A stretch of DNA of 26,520 nucleotides from a virus (taxonomy: Duplodnaviria; Caudoviricetes): IMG/VR virus record IMGVR_UViG_3300012145_000008, positions 1 through 26,520 of that record; one strand, written 5' to 3'. The notes under the pieces are model-generated. The model ran no database searches. It had not been told where the DNA came from and saw nothing but the letters and a program-made list of their open reading frames with translations. Both the position numbers and the translations under genes were made by a program. Below, in pieces: positions 24,383 through 26,520 of the stretch; position 1 is the first letter of the stretch, and every line of letters begins with the position of its first letter.

Positions 24383-24955
24383 TTAATTCCTAGCTCGTTT
24401 CTCATAAATAAACTCCACACCCGGGACTTCAATACCCTCACGATAATCAGCTCGGAGCTGAGTTGCGTTTACCATTAGATACTGCTCGGGGATCAGTTTA
24501 ACATCGATGACTTTTACGACCAGTACCGACGTCATCCCACCTTTTGCGTCCGGAGCTTTTTGCTCAATATCAGCGAGCTTACCGACAGCCGTGTCCTCTC
24601 TCATCGTTCCTTTTTCTACTCGCTTAGCGATACGCTCCTCCTCGATCTTAGCCTTTTTAGCCTCAGCATCGATCCACATCTGACGTCGCTTTTTAAGATC
24701 GTTACTGACCTCAGTGACTTGAGTCTTAAACGGTCGAAACATATCCCGGATCTTTTTGAGTGAGTCATTGATCGGCTTAGTGATCGCTTTTTCTTGTTTG
24801 TCGATATTCTTAAGGAGAGCTCCGACCTTTTTCCCGATCTCTTGAGTCGCATTATACTCCTCTTGATTAGTAATGACAGCCGGGAGACTAGCGATAGCCT
24901 CGCTCATCTTACCGACTTGATCCTTGACCTCTGTTATTTGTTTTTTAGTTTCCAT
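24383..24955 (-). CDS. Coiled-coil protein (Gp157/Gam-like)
   Basis: Long coiled coil (ITKPIND...F.P) with C-terminal 'DVKLIPEQYL...GIEVPGVEF'. Confidence 0.6.
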   Translation of the reverse strand: METKKQITEVKDQVGKMSEAIASLPAVITNQEEYNATQEIGKKVGALLKNIDKQEKAITKPINDSLKKIRDMFRPFKTQVTEVSNDLKKRRQMWIDAEAKKAKIEEERIAKRVEKGTMREDTAVGKLADIEQKAPDAKGGMTSVLVVKVIDVKLIPEQYLMVNATQLRADYREGIEVPGVEFIYEKRARN

Positions 24956-24983
24956 AAAAAATTATTGTTATCTCTGTTACTCC

Positions 24984-25002
24984 AGTATGATATCATACTA
25001 TC
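24984..25002. promoter_or_regulatory. 16-bp palindrome AGTATGATATCATACT (promoter/operator)
   Basis: Perfect palindrome at 24984-24999; 18/19 identical to 17012-17030. Confidence 0.6.
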
Positions 25003-25168
25003 GTATACGCCGTCCACTTTTATACACACTCTTGATCTCATTACTTTGCTGGACTCCGTTCTGAGCCTCCAGGCGTCGATATAGATCAGCATGAGCGTCG
25101 CAAGCCGTGACGTACACCTTTACGCCCTGGACCACCTTACCGTCTTTATTACAGATCAAGCATCGCAT
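24998..25168 (-). CDS. Small Zn-finger-like protein, 56 aa
   Basis: Translated by hand: MRCLICNKDGKVVQGVKVYVTACDAHADLYRRLEAQNGVQQSNEIKSVYKSGRRIR* (CxxC...CxxH). Confidence 0.6.
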   Translation of the reverse strand: MRCLICNKDGKVVQGVKVYVTACDAHADLYRRLEAQNGVQQSNEIKSVYKSGRRIR

Positions 25169-25482
25169 AAATGAGATATATCCTTTACCGACCTCGCCAA
25201 AATATAAACGCCTCCCAGAGCCTCGATCCGCTTTTGATGGATCGCCTGGTCCGGGGATTGTTTACCGACCTTACTCTTGACCTCGATCTCGAGATGGATA
25301 CCGCCCTGGAGCACTCCGAGGATATCAGCGATCCCTTTCTTACTCTGAGAGCTCGCACGATAGCCTCCTTGACCGCCGTACATCTTAGGATCCCAGGTCC
25401 CTCCGTTATTCTGTCTCCAGCAATAGACTCCCTTGCTCTGGAGCTGTTTGATTATTTTCGTCTGGATCTGACTCTCTCCCAT
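25156..25482 (-). CDS. VRR-NUC domain nuclease (putative Holliday junction resolvase)
   Basis: Start MGESQIQTKII; KGIADIL, IEVKSKVGKQSPDQ and GGVYILARSVKD. Confidence 0.88.
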   Translation of the reverse strand: MGESQIQTKIIKQLQSKGVYCWRQNNGGTWDPKMYGGQGGYRASSQSKKGIADILGVLQGGIHLEIEVKSKVGKQSPDQAIHQKRIEALGGVYILARSVKDISHLCDA

Positions 25483-25945
25483 AGTATTTATTATATAGAT
25501 TGCTGATAACTTTCGCTCGCTCCGGATCTTTATTACAGTACCGATGATGAGCTTTACGCTTACGATACTCCAGGATCTCATCCCTCGAGAGATGATGGAT
25601 ACAGTTACACATTTTATCTCCCTCCTCAAAGACTGGATGGATCCCGGACATCTCGTCAGCCTCTGGATAATTGCCTGGTCGATTTTTCCAGTCGAGGTAC
25701 CCGACGTCTTTAGGTTTGCTCGCTCGAGTCGCTTTTTTCTTATAGTAAACGTCGTCGTCCCGGACCGAGCTGGAGATCTGAGGATGACGATGGATGGTCT
25801 CGATGACCTTATCAAAACGATCCATCGTATACCAGCTCATCGACTGAGCTCGAGTCTCGATAGCCGTATGAGTAATCGGACCATGCTCGATTATATGTTT
25901 GACGATCGCCGTAACGATCTGAGTCTTTGTAAATTGTATCGCCAT
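25406..25945 (-). CDS. Hypothetical protein
   Basis: 179 aa, possible N-terminal winged helix and a Cys/His cluster; the 3' end overlaps VRR-NUC by 77 nt. Confidence 0.65.
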   Translation of the reverse strand: MAIQFTKTQIVTAIVKHIIEHGPITHTAIETRAQSMSWYTMDRFDKVIETIHRHPQISSSVRDDDVYYKKKATRASKPKDVGYLDWKNRPGNYPEADEMSGIHPVFEEGDKMCNCIHHLSRDEILEYRKRKAHHRYCNKDPERAKVISNLYNKYYGRESDPDENNQTAPEQGSLLLETE

Positions 25946-25956
25946 AATTAGAGAGG

Positions 25957-25985
25957 AGGGGAGCCGATACAGTATCAGCTCCCTT
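25957..25985 (-). terminator. Hairpin, possible weak terminator or processing site
   Basis: AAGGGAGCTGATA-CTG-TATCGGCTCCCCT followed by pyrimidines but no clean U-run. Confidence 0.4.
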
Positions 25986-26013
25986 GACTCTTTAATTGTG
26001 TAAAGGACTTGTC

Positions 26014-26412
26014 TTACTGACCGTCCTCGCTTGAGGTATCAGCGTCATCTCCCTCGAGGAGAGGATGATCTTTACCTAGTTTTACCACGTCTCCAGCTCG
26101 TACCGGAGTACCATCTGGGAGATCTGGAAACTCGTCGCCCTCTCTGACTGTATAGTCGACCATCTGATCGAGCTCAGCTTGCTCCTCTGGAGTCGGAGCG
26201 GTTGCCGCATCATCCTCAGCGTCAGCCGGCTCTCCACTGGTCGTCACGTCGTCAGCACTTGGAGCCTGGACTTGAGTGTCAGCTGGTACAGCCGTACTCG
26301 TCGGAGTTGCCTCGTCGCCTTGCTCAGCTAGAGCCGCCTCTTTTGCTTTGTCGACTCCTCCAGCCGCTACACCTTGACCGGTTGTCGGTCCCTCAGTATT
26401 TAGATCTGTCAT
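26014..26412 (-). CDS. Acidic low-complexity protein with a short LysM-like C-terminal segment
   Basis: A/T/D/E/P-rich, then YTVREGD...VRAGDVVKL. Confidence 0.6.
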   Translation of the reverse strand: MTDLNTEGPTTGQGVAAGGVDKAKEAALAEQGDEATPTSTAVPADTQVQAPSADDVTTSGEPADAEDDAATAPTPEEQAELDQMVDYTVREGDEFPDLPDGTPVRAGDVVKLGKDHPLLEGDDADTSSEDGQ

Positions 26413-26520
26413 ATAGCTATATGATTATTTTAGTAAAGCGATGACTAGCACCGCTCTCGATCCCCGGGAGTCTCCACCCTCCAGAGACCGGGAGCGAGGT
26501 TACTCGCTTTTACAGTGACA

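Noticed and set aside
25483-25815. 110-aa N-terminal extension of the VRR-NUC ORF in the track
   Set aside because: It overlaps the 179-aa gene and looks like shadow sequence; the VRR-NUC domain begins at MGESQIQ (25482).
1-26520. Stop-codon reassignment (code 15 or 25)
   Set aside because: Core genes are full length in code 11, and TGA and TAG end genes at tightly coupled junctions.

Overview
A 26.5-kb segment of a tailed (siphovirus-like, HK97-fold) bacteriophage or prophage, mostly on the minus strand and using the standard code (TGA stops occur). Read from right to left: recombination and nuclease genes (VRR-NUC, Gp157-like coiled coil, HNH, PD-(D/E)XK nuclease, probable SSB); a divergent replication block (HTH, CHC2 Zn-finger protein and PIF1-like helicase on +; VapE-family ATPase on -, followed by a repeat-rich origin-like region); accessory genes (GT2-like protein, translation initiation factor IF-1, C5 DNA methyltransferase); then packaging and virion genes (terS, terL, HNH, portal-MuF fusion, HK97 protease, major capsid, a fibre-like island, neck genes, a membrane-anchored lytic transglycosylase, and the 5' part of the tail tube). 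A Patescibacteria/CPR host is plausible but is only an inference. The most notable signals are: (1) at least 11 genes have an extended -10 box (TGnTAnnnT) 5-8 nt before the ATG, implying largely leaderless expression, in a phage that also carries IF-1 overprinted on another gene; (2) a C5 methyltransferase with a second methyltransferase-like polypeptide in the +1 frame; (3) a ~190-nt rod-shaped RNA with its own promoter just before terS, plus two other long leader hairpins; (4) several unannotated microproteins, one ending in a ribonucleotide-reductase-like CxxCEG tail; (5) a fibre cassette bounded by 18-bp nucleotide-identical GNVGIG repeats. All family calls come from motifs recognised by eye; no database searches were run.
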